Origin: an uncultured Acidobacteriota bacterium | GTDB lineage: Bacteria; Acidobacteriota; Vicinamibacteria; Vicinamibacterales; UBA2999 | Length of the DNA stretch: 64,000 nucleotides | Assembly (NCBI GenBank): GCA_963741135.1 | Contig: CAVUHC010000004.1 | Location: 60,215 to 124,214, forward strand | Direction of reading: 5' to 3' | Part shown: positions 42,749 to 51,409 of the stretch, in pieces | Numbering within the stretch: the stretch's first letter is position 1 | Layout: each line of letters begins with the position of its first letter | The notes under the pieces: generated by a model | Databases searched by the model: none | Told to the model about the DNA's origin: nothing | What the model saw: only the letters and a program-made list of their open reading frames with translations | Made by a program: the position numbers and the translations under genes

Positions 42749-43459
42749 TCAAGGCTTTCGCGCGCTCGGCGGCTTTACCGGGCCGAGTGCGTCGCGGGCG
42801 TCGAGCGGCAGCGGCGCGCCGTGGTGCTTGGAGGGTTTGAACCAGTCCGCGAGCCGCGACAGGCGGCCAACCGTGGTGCGCTTGGCTTCTTCGAATTGCT
42901 CGATCGCGTCGAGCGCCTCGGCGAGCGTGCTGACGACGCCGATGCCGCGCGCCAAGGCCTGGTCGCGGATGCCTGGATCGTCGCGCCGCTGCAGCAGGAC
43001 CGCCTTGGCGCGCGAGGCGGCGATGATATCGACGCAGTTGGTCAACCGGTCGTCGACCGCAATATCGAGCTTCACCGCGTTCGCGGCATCGCCCCGCGAG
43101 CCTGGCACCGTCATCACCGAGGGTAGTGAGAAGCCATGCTGCTCGAGCCACCACTGTGTCTGGAACTGCGTGGTTTCACCTGCGCTCGAAGGCCTCGTGG
43201 TCAGGAAGTACACCTCCCATCGTCGCTCCCGCGACGTCCGGTACAGGCGCTGAATCTGGTCGGGCTCGTATGGAGCGAGCGTGAGCCACCATTGCGATGT
43301 CCGGCCGATCCGCTCCCAGGCGCGCTTGACGGCGTCGGCGTTGAGCGGGTGGCGCGGCGGCGCGCCGGCTGACTCCTGGTCGGCGGCGGCAGTGGCGCGA
43401 AAGGCTGTGTGGAAATCGGCGACGACTCCGTCCACATCGAAGCCGACCCGAAGACTCAT
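42749..43459 (-). CDS. HAD-superfamily hydrolase (5'(3')-deoxyribonucleotidase-like)
   Basis: MSLRVGFDVDGVVADF (HAD motif I, DxDxV), YFLTTRP and AVDDRLTN. ATGA overlap with the upstream gene. Confidence 0.55.
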   Translation of the reverse strand: MSLRVGFDVDGVVADFHTAFRATAAADQESAGAPPRHPLNADAVKRAWERIGRTSQWWLTLAPYEPDQIQRLYRTSRERRWEVYFLTTRPSSAGETTQFQTQWWLEQHGFSLPSVMTVPGSRGDAANAVKLDIAVDDRLTNCVDIIAASRAKAVLLQRRDDPGIRDQALARGIGVVSTLAEALDAIEQFEEAKRTTVGRLSRLADWFKPSKHHGAPLPLDARDALGPVKPPSARKP

Positions 43460-44931
43460 GGCAGCGGCGCCTCCGCAGCAGGATCGGACGACCGGTTAGG
43501 CCTGACGGCCACGGCTGCGAGGATCGCCGCCAGCAGGAGATTTGCCGGCTGGTGCAGCCCGGTGTCCCAGATGCTTTGTACCGCGATGCCGGCGAGGCCC
43601 GCATACGCGCCGATGCGAATCCATCGGTGCGGCCCGCGGTCATCCGCAAGCCGCGCGCGCACCACGCGATGGAGCAGCATCAAGATGGCGAGGACCGCCA
43701 ACAGCAACGAGGCGCCCCCCTCCGCGGAGAGCTGCAGGTACTCGTTGTGCGCGTGATTGAAGAGCACCTGCTTGTCGGCCCGTTGGTAGATGAACATGGC
43801 GTCCGGGAACGTGCCAGCCCCGGTTCCGAGCAAGGGAAAGTCGCGAATGATCGGCAGCGTGTCGCGCCAGATCGCCAGCCGCCTGATTGGCGCCGCGTCG
43901 AGCGTCCCCTGCACGCGCTGCACGAGCCCTTCGCCGTTGATCCAGGCAGCGGCCAGGACGACGACGACGGCGGCCGCGGCCGCCATCGAGGCTCCGCGCC
44001 GACGACTCACCCCGGCCAGGATCGCCGCAATGATTGCCGACGCCATGAGGGCGACGAACCCGGATCGAGAAAGGGTCGCGGCGACCGTGATCAGCATTGC
44101 AGCGAGGCATCCCATGAGTCCTATCGAGTCGCGATCGAAGAGCGCGTTCGCCATTCCGCGCCCTCCCTGCGCCCCACGGTCCTGCATGTGGGTTGTCGCG
44201 CGCATTGCCACGTAGCCGCCGACGACGCTGATCGCGAGCACGAGCCAGGTTGCGAGGTGATTGCGATCGATGAAGGGCCCAAAAGGCAGGGCCCGCGGAT
44301 CGGCAGCGCTCCAGACCCAGTAGATCGTTTTCGGTGCCGTCGCCCGCTGCGCCAGCGCCACGATCGAGCACGCGAATCCCACCCATGCGAGGACGCGGAT
44401 GGCGGAGCGGCTGCCGCTGCGCCTGAACGCCTCGCGCGCCGCCCAGAATACGAGGGCGCCGGCGAGCGCCAGCGCGAACGCCGTCCTGGTCGCCGCGGGG
44501 TGGATGCTGAGCGGACGCCATCCACCAAACGGCTCGAGTGCGTAGGAATCCTGCAGTGCACGCGTCGCGGGCGAGAGCACCGTCACCACGACTTCCGGCA
44601 TCGGCGCCATCTGCACGGCAATCACGCCGAGCGCGGCCAGCAATGCGACATCGAGACGGCGGGTCACAGGATCGGCGCAGACGCGGGCGCCCGAGGTGAT
44701 GAAGAGTGCCGCTGCGGCAAACAGCGTCGGGAGGGTCGACCACGCATACGCGCCGCCGACGACGGCGAGGACAGCGGCTGCGAGCAGCGCCAGGAGAACC
44801 GGAAGAATCGACAGCGAGCGCTTAGCTCGCGGCCGGGGCTTCCGCGTAGTAGCTCTTGTACTGATGCCCGTAGTATCGCGAGTAATAGTAGCGGTTGCGA
44901 TCGAAATCGACACGGTTGAGGACCGCGGCAA
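43456..44931 (-). CDS. O-antigen ligase / Wzy_C family membrane protein
   Basis: About 11 TM segments. FNHAHNEYLQLSAEGG matches the Wzy_C H-x-H-N-x-Y-L-x-x-x-x-E-x-G block. Start is uncertain: the TTG at 44931 overlaps wzc by about 110 nt, and GTG at 44913 or a later codon is possible. Confidence 0.75.
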   Translation of the reverse strand: MPRSSTVSISIATATITRDTTGISTRATTRKPRPRAKRSLSILPVLLALLAAAVLAVVGGAYAWSTLPTLFAAAALFITSGARVCADPVTRRLDVALLAALGVIAVQMAPMPEVVVTVLSPATRALQDSYALEPFGGWRPLSIHPAATRTAFALALAGALVFWAAREAFRRSGSRSAIRVLAWVGFACSIVALAQRATAPKTIYWVWSAADPRALPFGPFIDRNHLATWLVLAISVVGGYVAMRATTHMQDRGAQGGRGMANALFDRDSIGLMGCLAAMLITVAATLSRSGFVALMASAIIAAILAGVSRRRGASMAAAAAVVVVLAAAWINGEGLVQRVQGTLDAAPIRRLAIWRDTLPIIRDFPLLGTGAGTFPDAMFIYQRADKQVLFNHAHNEYLQLSAEGGASLLLAVLAILMLLHRVVRARLADDRGPHRWIRIGAYAGLAGIAVQSIWDTGLHQPANLLLAAILAAVAVRPNRSSDPAAEAPLP

Positions 44932-47077
44932 TCGATACCGGATGGCCGGCCCGCAGCGTTTCGATGGCTCGTTCCGCCAGGCGCCACCGCGTCATCTCCG
45001 CGCCAATGACGAACGTGACGGAGTGGACAAGCGGCGCCAGCACGACGGCGTCGGTGACTGCGAGCACCGGCGGCGTGTCGACGATGACCCAGTCGAACGG
45101 TCCCGTCGAGAGCTGCTGCATGAACGCGCGCATGCGATCGGACCCGAGCAGCTCCGATGGGTTCGACGGCGTGGAGCCTGCGGGAATCACGAGCAGATTC
45201 GGGTCGCCGCAGCGCTGGACGACTTCGCGCATCCTCGCCTTGCCGTTGAGGAGCTCGGCCAGCCCGCGGTCGTTGGGCAACCGCATCGCCTTGTGGACGC
45301 TGGGGCGCCGCATGTCCGCATCGATGAGCAGCACACGAGCGCCGCCGATCGCCAGTGCGAGGGCGATGTTGACCGCTGTCGTGGTCTTTCCTTCAAGCGG
45401 CTGCGTGCTGGTAATAGCCACCAGGTGCGTGGCGTCGGTGCCGCTGCTTGCCACGAGCGCCGTTCGAAGGGCCCGGAATGCCTCGCCGAAATCGTGCGGC
45501 ACCGGGCCGGACAGCAACGGATGCCGCTCGCCGTGCACCTTGGGAACAAGGCCGAGGAAATTGAGATGAAGCCGCCACGCCACGTCTTCGGGCGTCTTGA
45601 CGGTGTCGTCGAGATAGTCAATCGCAAAGGCTGCGGCGATGCCCATGCCGAGGCCGAACAGAAGCGCCATCATCCATGCGCGCCGCGTGTTCGGCGTGAA
45701 GGGTGCCCCCGGCATCTCTGCGCGATCGAGGAGCCGCACGTTGTTTGCGCGGCTGTTGCTGACAACGCGAAGCTCCTTCTCGCGTTGCAGCAGCGATTCG
45801 TAGACCTGGCGATTGCTCTCGGCCTCGCGCTGGAGCACTGAGTAATCGATGCTCTTGCGGTTCAGATCCGTGGCCTGGACCTTCTGCGCTTCGAGGTCTG
45901 AGTTCAGCTGCTTCTCTTCTTCGAGCGCGGCCTGGTAGTCAGCCTTGATGGCGGCGACATTCTTGGAGATCTCTTCGTCGAGCTGCCGTTCGGCATCGTT
46001 GATCTGCGAGGTGACCCTGAGCAGGTCCGGGTGCTTGTCGCCGTATCGTTCGGCAAGGCGCAGCCGGTCGCGCTCGAGCTCGACGATGCGCGCCTTGAGC
46101 TGCTGTACGAACGGGTTCGCCGCGATCGTCGTCAGGCTCTCCCGATCCTTTGCGGCAATCACCTGGTTGTAGAGCGCTTCCTTCTGAATACGCGACGTCC
46201 GCGCCTTCGACGCGACGTCGTTCACCTGGTTGAGGCGCGACACGATGATGTTCTGCCTGTCCTCGAGTGACAGCGCGTTCTGGTTCTCGCGGTACTCCGC
46301 CAGCATGCGTTCGCTGGCCTGCACCACGTTCTGCTGCTTGCCGACTTCCTGCGTCAGCCATTGCAGCGTCTTGTCGGTGTTCTGCAGCCGGAATTCGAGG
46401 TTCTGGTTGACGTACTCCTCGGCGAGCACGTTGACGGCGCGGGCGGCAAACTGCGGATCCGCCGCGACGAAGAAGACATCGACGAGGCGGCTGCCTCGGA
46501 CGGGGTTGACCCCGACGCGGCCAAGAAACGCTTCGGCCTGCTGGCTCTCAGGAGCGGCCTGAGCCGGCGGCACCTTCCTGCCTGCGCTTCGGAACGGCGC
46601 CATGACCTTCGCCTTCACCGCGCTGAGAACTTGCGCCAGAGCCGGCGGCTTCGGGCCCTGGCCGTTGAACTCGGGCACGTTGTCCAGCTTCAGATGGCGG
46701 ACGGCGCGGAGCGCGAGGTCACGGCCCTGGAGAATCTTGTACTGGGTCTGGTAGTACGGCTCGGGATCGCTGTACGCGAGGTACGGTTCCTTGAAATCGG
46801 TCTGCGCCGTCGTCTGCTCTTCGTCGATTTGAATCCGCGCCTGCGCGCGGTACAGCGGTACCGTCGTATACGTCTGGTACATCATCGCCGCGACGACCAG
46901 GATGGCGAGCGCTGCCGCCGCCTTCCAGTGCTTGATGATGATCGCCGCTCGGTCGAACAGGTGAACGTTCGGATCGGGGCCGAAGCGGCCAGCCTTCGGT
47001 GCTGCCGGAGGAACCACAGTTGCTGGAGGAGTGCTGGCGCCAGCGCCGGTCGACGAGAGACCTCTTGAATCAAACAT
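44822..47077 (-). CDS. wzc: polysaccharide co-polymerase / tyrosine autokinase (Wzc/GumC type)
   Basis: N-terminal Wzz-type domain with a TM segment (AAAALAILVVAAMMY). Long coiled coil. Second TM. P-loop ITSTQPLEGKTTTAVNIALALA, with LLIDADMRRP and VIVDTPPVL. Tyr-rich tail YYYSRYYGHQYKSYYAE. Confidence 0.9.
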   Translation of the reverse strand: MFDSRGLSSTGAGASTPPATVVPPAAPKAGRFGPDPNVHLFDRAAIIIKHWKAAAALAILVVAAMMYQTYTTVPLYRAQARIQIDEEQTTAQTDFKEPYLAYSDPEPYYQTQYKILQGRDLALRAVRHLKLDNVPEFNGQGPKPPALAQVLSAVKAKVMAPFRSAGRKVPPAQAAPESQQAEAFLGRVGVNPVRGSRLVDVFFVAADPQFAARAVNVLAEEYVNQNLEFRLQNTDKTLQWLTQEVGKQQNVVQASERMLAEYRENQNALSLEDRQNIIVSRLNQVNDVASKARTSRIQKEALYNQVIAAKDRESLTTIAANPFVQQLKARIVELERDRLRLAERYGDKHPDLLRVTSQINDAERQLDEEISKNVAAIKADYQAALEEEKQLNSDLEAQKVQATDLNRKSIDYSVLQREAESNRQVYESLLQREKELRVVSNSRANNVRLLDRAEMPGAPFTPNTRRAWMMALLFGLGMGIAAAFAIDYLDDTVKTPEDVAWRLHLNFLGLVPKVHGERHPLLSGPVPHDFGEAFRALRTALVASSGTDATHLVAITSTQPLEGKTTTAVNIALALAIGGARVLLIDADMRRPSVHKAMRLPNDRGLAELLNGKARMREVVQRCGDPNLLVIPAGSTPSNPSELLGSDRMRAFMQQLSTGPFDWVIVDTPPVLAVTDAVVLAPLVHSVTFVIGAEMTRWRLAERAIETLRAGHPVSIAAVLNRVDFDRNRYYYSRYYGHQYKSYYAEAPAAS

Positions 47078-47086
47078 GATCGCTGA

Positions 47087-47815
47087 CTACCAGCCGCCGC
47101 CTGTCGGATTGTTCGGGCTTTCCTGCGGTGTCAGGGTCGAGGTCGTCCGCGTAACGCCGTTGCTCGCGGCGACGGTGGTCGCCTCCTCGAGCGTTCCCGT
47201 CAACCTGTTGCCGAATGTCGCGGCGACGTCGGGGGCCGCCGCGATCGTGCGGACCGTCGTCTGGCGGACATCCCCGCGCCCTAGAGGAACGACCTCGCTT
47301 GCCGCGACAACGGAGCCCGCGGGGCCCAGCAGTTCAACGACGTAGGAGCTCGGGTCGAGGTCGAGAAAGGAGAATCGTCCTACGTCGTTCGCCGTCGCGC
47401 GGGCCTCAATCCGGCCGCTGTGGATATTTCGCACCACGACTCGGGCGTACGGGATAGGCATGTTCAACGACGTCTGCGCGATGCCGACGAGAGCGTTGAA
47501 CTTACCGCCCACCGCCGCGACGGCAATGGGCGTGTCGTACTGCCGCGCCAGGCCTTGGGCGACGCCAGGGACGGTCTCGGGTTGTCCGAACGGTTGCGTG
47601 GTCTGGAAGGACGCATGGCCAAAACCGACAATGGCTTCGCGAGTGGGATCACGATCGGCCCGCGAGAGCTCGTCCTCCTGCCCCTGTCGCGATGCATTGG
47701 GTGCGTACTGCCACACGCTCTGGACACGACGAACCGAGCGAAATTGCGGCCAGCCGACGGCCGCGGTGGCGGTCAGGACGATGGCCAACTGGATCGCTAA
47801 ATGTGTCCGTTTCAT
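47087..47815 (-). CDS. secreted protein with carboxypeptidase-regulatory-like (CarboxypepD_reg) domain
   Basis: ATG at 47815 gives MKRTHLAIQLAIVLTATAAVG, a signal peptide. ARVVVRNIHSGRIEARATANDVGRFSFLDLDPSSYVVELL is a typical CarboxypepD_reg strand pattern. First gene of the wzc operon. Confidence 0.55.
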   Translation of the reverse strand: MKRTHLAIQLAIVLTATAAVGWPQFRSVRRVQSVWQYAPNASRQGQEDELSRADRDPTREAIVGFGHASFQTTQPFGQPETVPGVAQGLARQYDTPIAVAAVGGKFNALVGIAQTSLNMPIPYARVVVRNIHSGRIEARATANDVGRFSFLDLDPSSYVVELLGPAGSVVAASEVVPLGRGDVRQTTVRTIAAAPDVAATFGNRLTGTLEEATTVAASNGVTRTTSTLTPQESPNNPTGGGW

Positions 47816-47967
47816 GGATACCAATCCCTCTATCGACACTTCCCATTCGCCCCGACAGTGGGCGATGTAACTCAATATGACAGTAAGGTCTATTATGCGA
47901 CAATCTTTGCCGTTTTCAACTGACCATTCAACATGATAATTAACTTGTTTTCAATCAGTTACGGAGA

Positions 47968-49362
47968 TTACAGCCTGTCGAAGACCGCCACGGTCTCGAC
48001 ATGTGCGGTGTGCGGGAACATGTCGATGGGCTGCATTGAGCGGATTCGATACCCCGCAGCGCAGATGGTGGCGAGGTCGGCGGCGAGTGCTTCAGGATTG
48101 CACGAGACATAGACCGCGCGTGCCGGTCGCAGTCGTCCAAAAACGTGCCGCAGCACTGAGTCCGCGCAGCCGTCACGTGGCGGATCGAGCACGACCGCGT
48201 CCGCACGGCGAATCGAGCCAATCGCCGTCTCGACACGACGCGCGACGAACCGGCACCGGTTGCGTGCGACGGCGTTCAGCCGCAGCGCTGCCTCGCCGTC
48301 CGCCACCGCCAGGCGGTTCTCTTCCACGGCGACGACGTCGTGCCCCGCGAGCGCGAGCGGGATCGCGAAGAGCCCGCAGCCCGCATACAAATCGACCACG
48401 TGCGAGTGTTCGGGAATCGCAGCGAGCACGAGACCGACGAGGATGCCGGCGGCGCGTACATTTGTCTGAAAAAACGCTGGGGGAGACATCAGGAACGAGG
48501 CGCCCGCCACCTGCTCGCGCATCCGCTCCGATCCCCGGAGCCGTCGGGTCCGCTCACCGAAAACGAATGCGTCGTCTCGCTCATGCAGGTTGAGGTGCAC
48601 GGAGGTGGGCGGATCCTCTTCGAGGAGACGGCGCGTCGCCGTCCGGAGTCGGCGATCGGAATCGCTCGAGACGACGACCGTCGCCATGAGCTCTTCCGTG
48701 TGGCATCCGACACGTACCGCGAGGCTGCGGAGCACCCCGCCATCGGCGCCGGCTGCCTTCAGGGCCGCTGAGGTAAACGTGTCGCGCGCACGAAACGCGA
48801 ACGCGTTGCCACGCTCATCGTGGACCGGACACTCGCGCACGGGAATGACGCGGCGTGAACCGCGCGCGTAGTGCCCCATGACCAGGGTTGTATCGTGGCG
48901 CCGTCCACCGAAACGGAGGTTACCGAACACGAAATGCACCTTGTTGCGGTATCCCCACGGCCGGTCGAGCGGTGTTGCCGGCAGCGTCTCCTGCGCCGGC
49001 GGCGCGCCGGGTATCGCGGCGCCGACGAGCCGGTTCACGAGTGCGGTTTTCAGCCGGAGCTGCTCCGGATAGGAGATGTGCTGCCACGCGCAGCCGCCGC
49101 ACGCGCCAAGACCTGGCTCGGCGTCCGGACCGAAATGGATGCACCGTGCGCGAACACGGTGCGGTGAGGCGTGGAGAATTTCAAGCAGGGCCGGAAAGAC
49201 ACGGCCGTTGCGGCCGGGATCGAGTCGGACGCGCACGCGCTCGCCGGGTATGGTGAACGGCACCGCGATGCGCAGGCGTCCGGCGAATGCGACGCCGTCG
49301 CCGGCAGCGCTCAGCTCTGCGATTTCAACGTCGATGATCTTCGAGCCGGCGTCATTTGACAT
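47968..49362 (-). CDS. rlmD: 23S rRNA (uracil-5-)-methyltransferase, RlmD/RumA family
   Basis: TRAM-like N-terminus. Fe-S Cys cluster C-x..-C-GGC-AWQH. [14 protein letters not shown] (SAM motif), VVLDPPRDG and YVSCNP. Confidence 0.85.
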   Translation of the reverse strand: MSNDAGSKIIDVEIAELSAAGDGVAFAGRLRIAVPFTIPGERVRVRLDPGRNGRVFPALLEILHASPHRVRARCIHFGPDAEPGLGACGGCAWQHISYPEQLRLKTALVNRLVGAAIPGAPPAQETLPATPLDRPWGYRNKVHFVFGNLRFGGRRHDTTLVMGHYARGSRRVIPVRECPVHDERGNAFAFRARDTFTSAALKAAGADGGVLRSLAVRVGCHTEELMATVVVSSDSDRRLRTATRRLLEEDPPTSVHLNLHERDDAFVFGERTRRLRGSERMREQVAGASFLMSPPAFFQTNVRAAGILVGLVLAAIPEHSHVVDLYAGCGLFAIPLALAGHDVVAVEENRLAVADGEAALRLNAVARNRCRFVARRVETAIGSIRRADAVVLDPPRDGCADSVLRHVFGRLRPARAVYVSCNPEALAADLATICAAGYRIRSMQPIDMFPHTAHVETVAVFDRL

Positions 49363-49768
49363 CCAGGAGCTCGACGTCGAAGACGAGCGTCGCGTTCGGG
49401 GGAATCACGCCGCCTGCGCCTTGCGCGCCATAGCCAAGGTCGGGCGGGATGGTGAGCGTGCGCTGGCCGCCGACTCGCATCCCGGCGACCCCCTGGTCCC
49501 ACCCGGAAATCACTTGGCCCGCGCCGAGACGGAACGAGAACGGCTCGTTCCTGTCGCGCGAGCTGTCGAACTTGCGTCCCTTGTGATCGGCGCGTCCTTC
49601 GTCGTAGAGCCAGCCGGTGTAGTGCACCTGCACCTGCCGTCCCGGCGCGGCTTCCGCGCCGGCGCCGGTCTTTGCGTCCTGTTTCATCAACTGAGTGATA
49701 TTCGACTGTCCCATGTTGTCTCCGCCACACGAAGTCAATAGACCGCAGAGCAGCAGCGCCACACCCAT
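49352..49768 (-). CDS. FKBP-type peptidyl-prolyl cis-trans isomerase (lipoprotein)
   Basis: ATG at 49768 gives [16 protein letters not shown], with a lipobox. [48 protein letters not shown]...[10 protein letters not shown]. Confidence 0.85.
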   Translation of the reverse strand: MGVALLLCGLLTSCGGDNMGQSNITQLMKQDAKTGAGAEAAPGRQVQVHYTGWLYDEGRADHKGRKFDSSRDRNEPFSFRLGAGQVISGWDQGVAGMRVGGQRTLTIPPDLGYGAQGAGGVIPPNATLVFDVELLDVK

Positions 49769-49800
49769 CGCACCTCTCGCACCCCTCGCACCCGCCCCTG

Positions 49801-51081
49801 TCACCGCATCCCCGCGTAGCTGATTTTCCAAATCCGACCGCCCGAATCATCCGACACGTAAAGCGACCCGTCCGGCCCCTGCGCGAGTCCTACCGGTCGA
49901 TGCTGCGCGTTGCCAGGTGAGGGCCGTGGCGTGCCCGCGAATCCGTCCGCAAAAACGTGAGCCGTTCCGGTGGAGGCGTCGTGGTTGAGCGGTTGAAACA
50001 TCACGTTGTACCCGGCCTGAGGCAGCGGCGAGCGGTTCCACGATCCGTGGAACGCGACGAACGCGCCGTCGCGATATTCCGCCGGGAACTGCGTCCCCGT
50101 GTAAAAGAGCACGTCGAGCGGCGCGTAATGCGCAGGAAACGTTGCGACCGGTTTGGTGTATTTCGCGCAATCGGCAACCGCCCGCCCGTCACCGCCGTAC
50201 TCCGGCGCTACCACGCGCCTGTTCAGGAGCGGATCGAAATAACAGTACGGCCAGCCGTAGTCCGCGCCTTGTTTGATCTCTTGCAGCTCTTCCGCCGGCA
50301 GCTCGGCGTTCTTCATCCCGTCGAACCCGGGCCACAGATCGAGCTGATCGCGGCCGTTCTGCACCGCCCAGAGCGAGTGCGTGGTCGTGTTCCACGCCAC
50401 ACCGACGGTGTGCCGGATTCCTGTCGCAAACCGGTTGTCGGCCGAGTGCGCCTGGCCGACACGATCGGCCTCGTACTGCCAGATACCCGCAGCGAGCGTG
50501 AGGTCGGAGCACGGACGTCGTCCGGGGACGCCGGCCACGCGATCGCGGGCCTGACAGTTGTTGGTTGGCGCGCCGACATGCACGTAGATCTCCCCCTGTT
50601 CACCGAAGGCGAATGACTTTGCCGAGTGACCGCCGGCGTTCGGAAGATCGTCGACGATGACCTCAGGAGGTCCGATCGGAAGGAGGGCGACGCCGTCCAT
50701 CTGGAACCGCACGATTTTCGTGTCCGCCCCGACATACAGATGGTTGTTGCGCCACGCGATGGCCGTACCACCGAGGCCCGGGCCGAAATGCTGCTGTTCC
50801 TCGAACCGGCCATCGCCGTCCGTGTCGCGCAGGGCTATCACTGAGCCTCCTGGCGCCCGGTCGTCGTGAAGCTCCACATAGAGGTCGCCGTTTGGAGCAA
50901 CGGTGATGTGGCGCGCGGGGCCGAGGCGGTCGGCAACGACGGCCGCACAGAAGCCCGCGGTCAGCGCGAGACCGCCATTGTCCGGATCGCAGACGGTGGG
51001 ACTGGAGAATTGCCCCGAGGCGAGCAGTGCCGTACATGCCGCAAGCATGCTGACGAGCACGGCCGTCGACACTCGCGACAT
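49801..51081 (-). CDS. PQQ-dependent sugar (glucose/sorbosone) dehydrogenase family protein
   Basis: ATG at 51081 gives [23 protein letters not shown], a signal peptide. [58 protein letters not shown] and [11 protein letters not shown] follow the GSDH beta-propeller pattern. The longer tracked ORF (to 51483) crosses a repeat element. Confidence 0.8.
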   Translation of the reverse strand: MSRVSTAVLVSMLAACTALLASGQFSSPTVCDPDNGGLALTAGFCAAVVADRLGPARHITVAPNGDLYVELHDDRAPGGSVIALRDTDGDGRFEEQQHFGPGLGGTAIAWRNNHLYVGADTKIVRFQMDGVALLPIGPPEVIVDDLPNAGGHSAKSFAFGEQGEIYVHVGAPTNNCQARDRVAGVPGRRPCSDLTLAAGIWQYEADRVGQAHSADNRFATGIRHTVGVAWNTTTHSLWAVQNGRDQLDLWPGFDGMKNAELPAEELQEIKQGADYGWPYCYFDPLLNRRVVAPEYGGDGRAVADCAKYTKPVATFPAHYAPLDVLFYTGTQFPAEYRDGAFVAFHGSWNRSPLPQAGYNVMFQPLNHDASTGTAHVFADGFAGTPRPSPGNAQHRPVGLAQGPDGSLYVSDDSGGRIWKISYAGMR

Positions 51082-51294
51082 CACGCGATTATACGTGGCA
51101 TTCGCGCTGCTTCTTTCGGTTGCGTGGTACCCGTCTGGTCGTTGCGGGTGCGGGGCTCGCGGGGTTATCGGTGCGGGCCGCCTCCTCTTTGGCGCCGAGC
51201 AAACGAGGGTGCGCTGCAGACATCTGAACGGCGCGGTCGAGTTGGGACAGCGCTCCGCCAGGGAACTCATCGGGGACTTTCGCGAGTCGAACTG

Positions 51295-51392
51295 CCAATT
51301 CCCAATTCCCAACTCCCAACAAAAGGTTTGAGCACTTGCCGCGCCGACTTTGTGTATCGTCATGGGAGTTCGGAAGTTGGGTGTTGGAAGTT
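51295..51392. repeat. heptad-repeat inverted pair with about 43-nt spacer in a divergent intergenic region
   Basis: Left arm ccaattcccaattcccaactcccaac (51295-51320). Right arm gggagttcggaagttgggtgttggaagttc (51364-51392). Confidence 0.75.
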
Positions 51393-51409
51393 CTTGAAGA
51401 GGAGGTCTC

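Noticed and set aside
41250-43253. 667-aa ORF on the plus strand
   Set aside because: It is out of frame with the GT-C membrane protein and antisense to the HAD gene. It is extremely Arg/Gly/Pro-rich, with no TM segments or motifs. It is a high-GC artefact.
43552-45841. Two long plus-strand ORFs (43552..44919 and 44696..45841)
   Set aside because: They are antisense to the Wzy_C-family gene and to wzc, both of which have clear family motifs. Their composition is Arg/His/Asp-rich nonsense.
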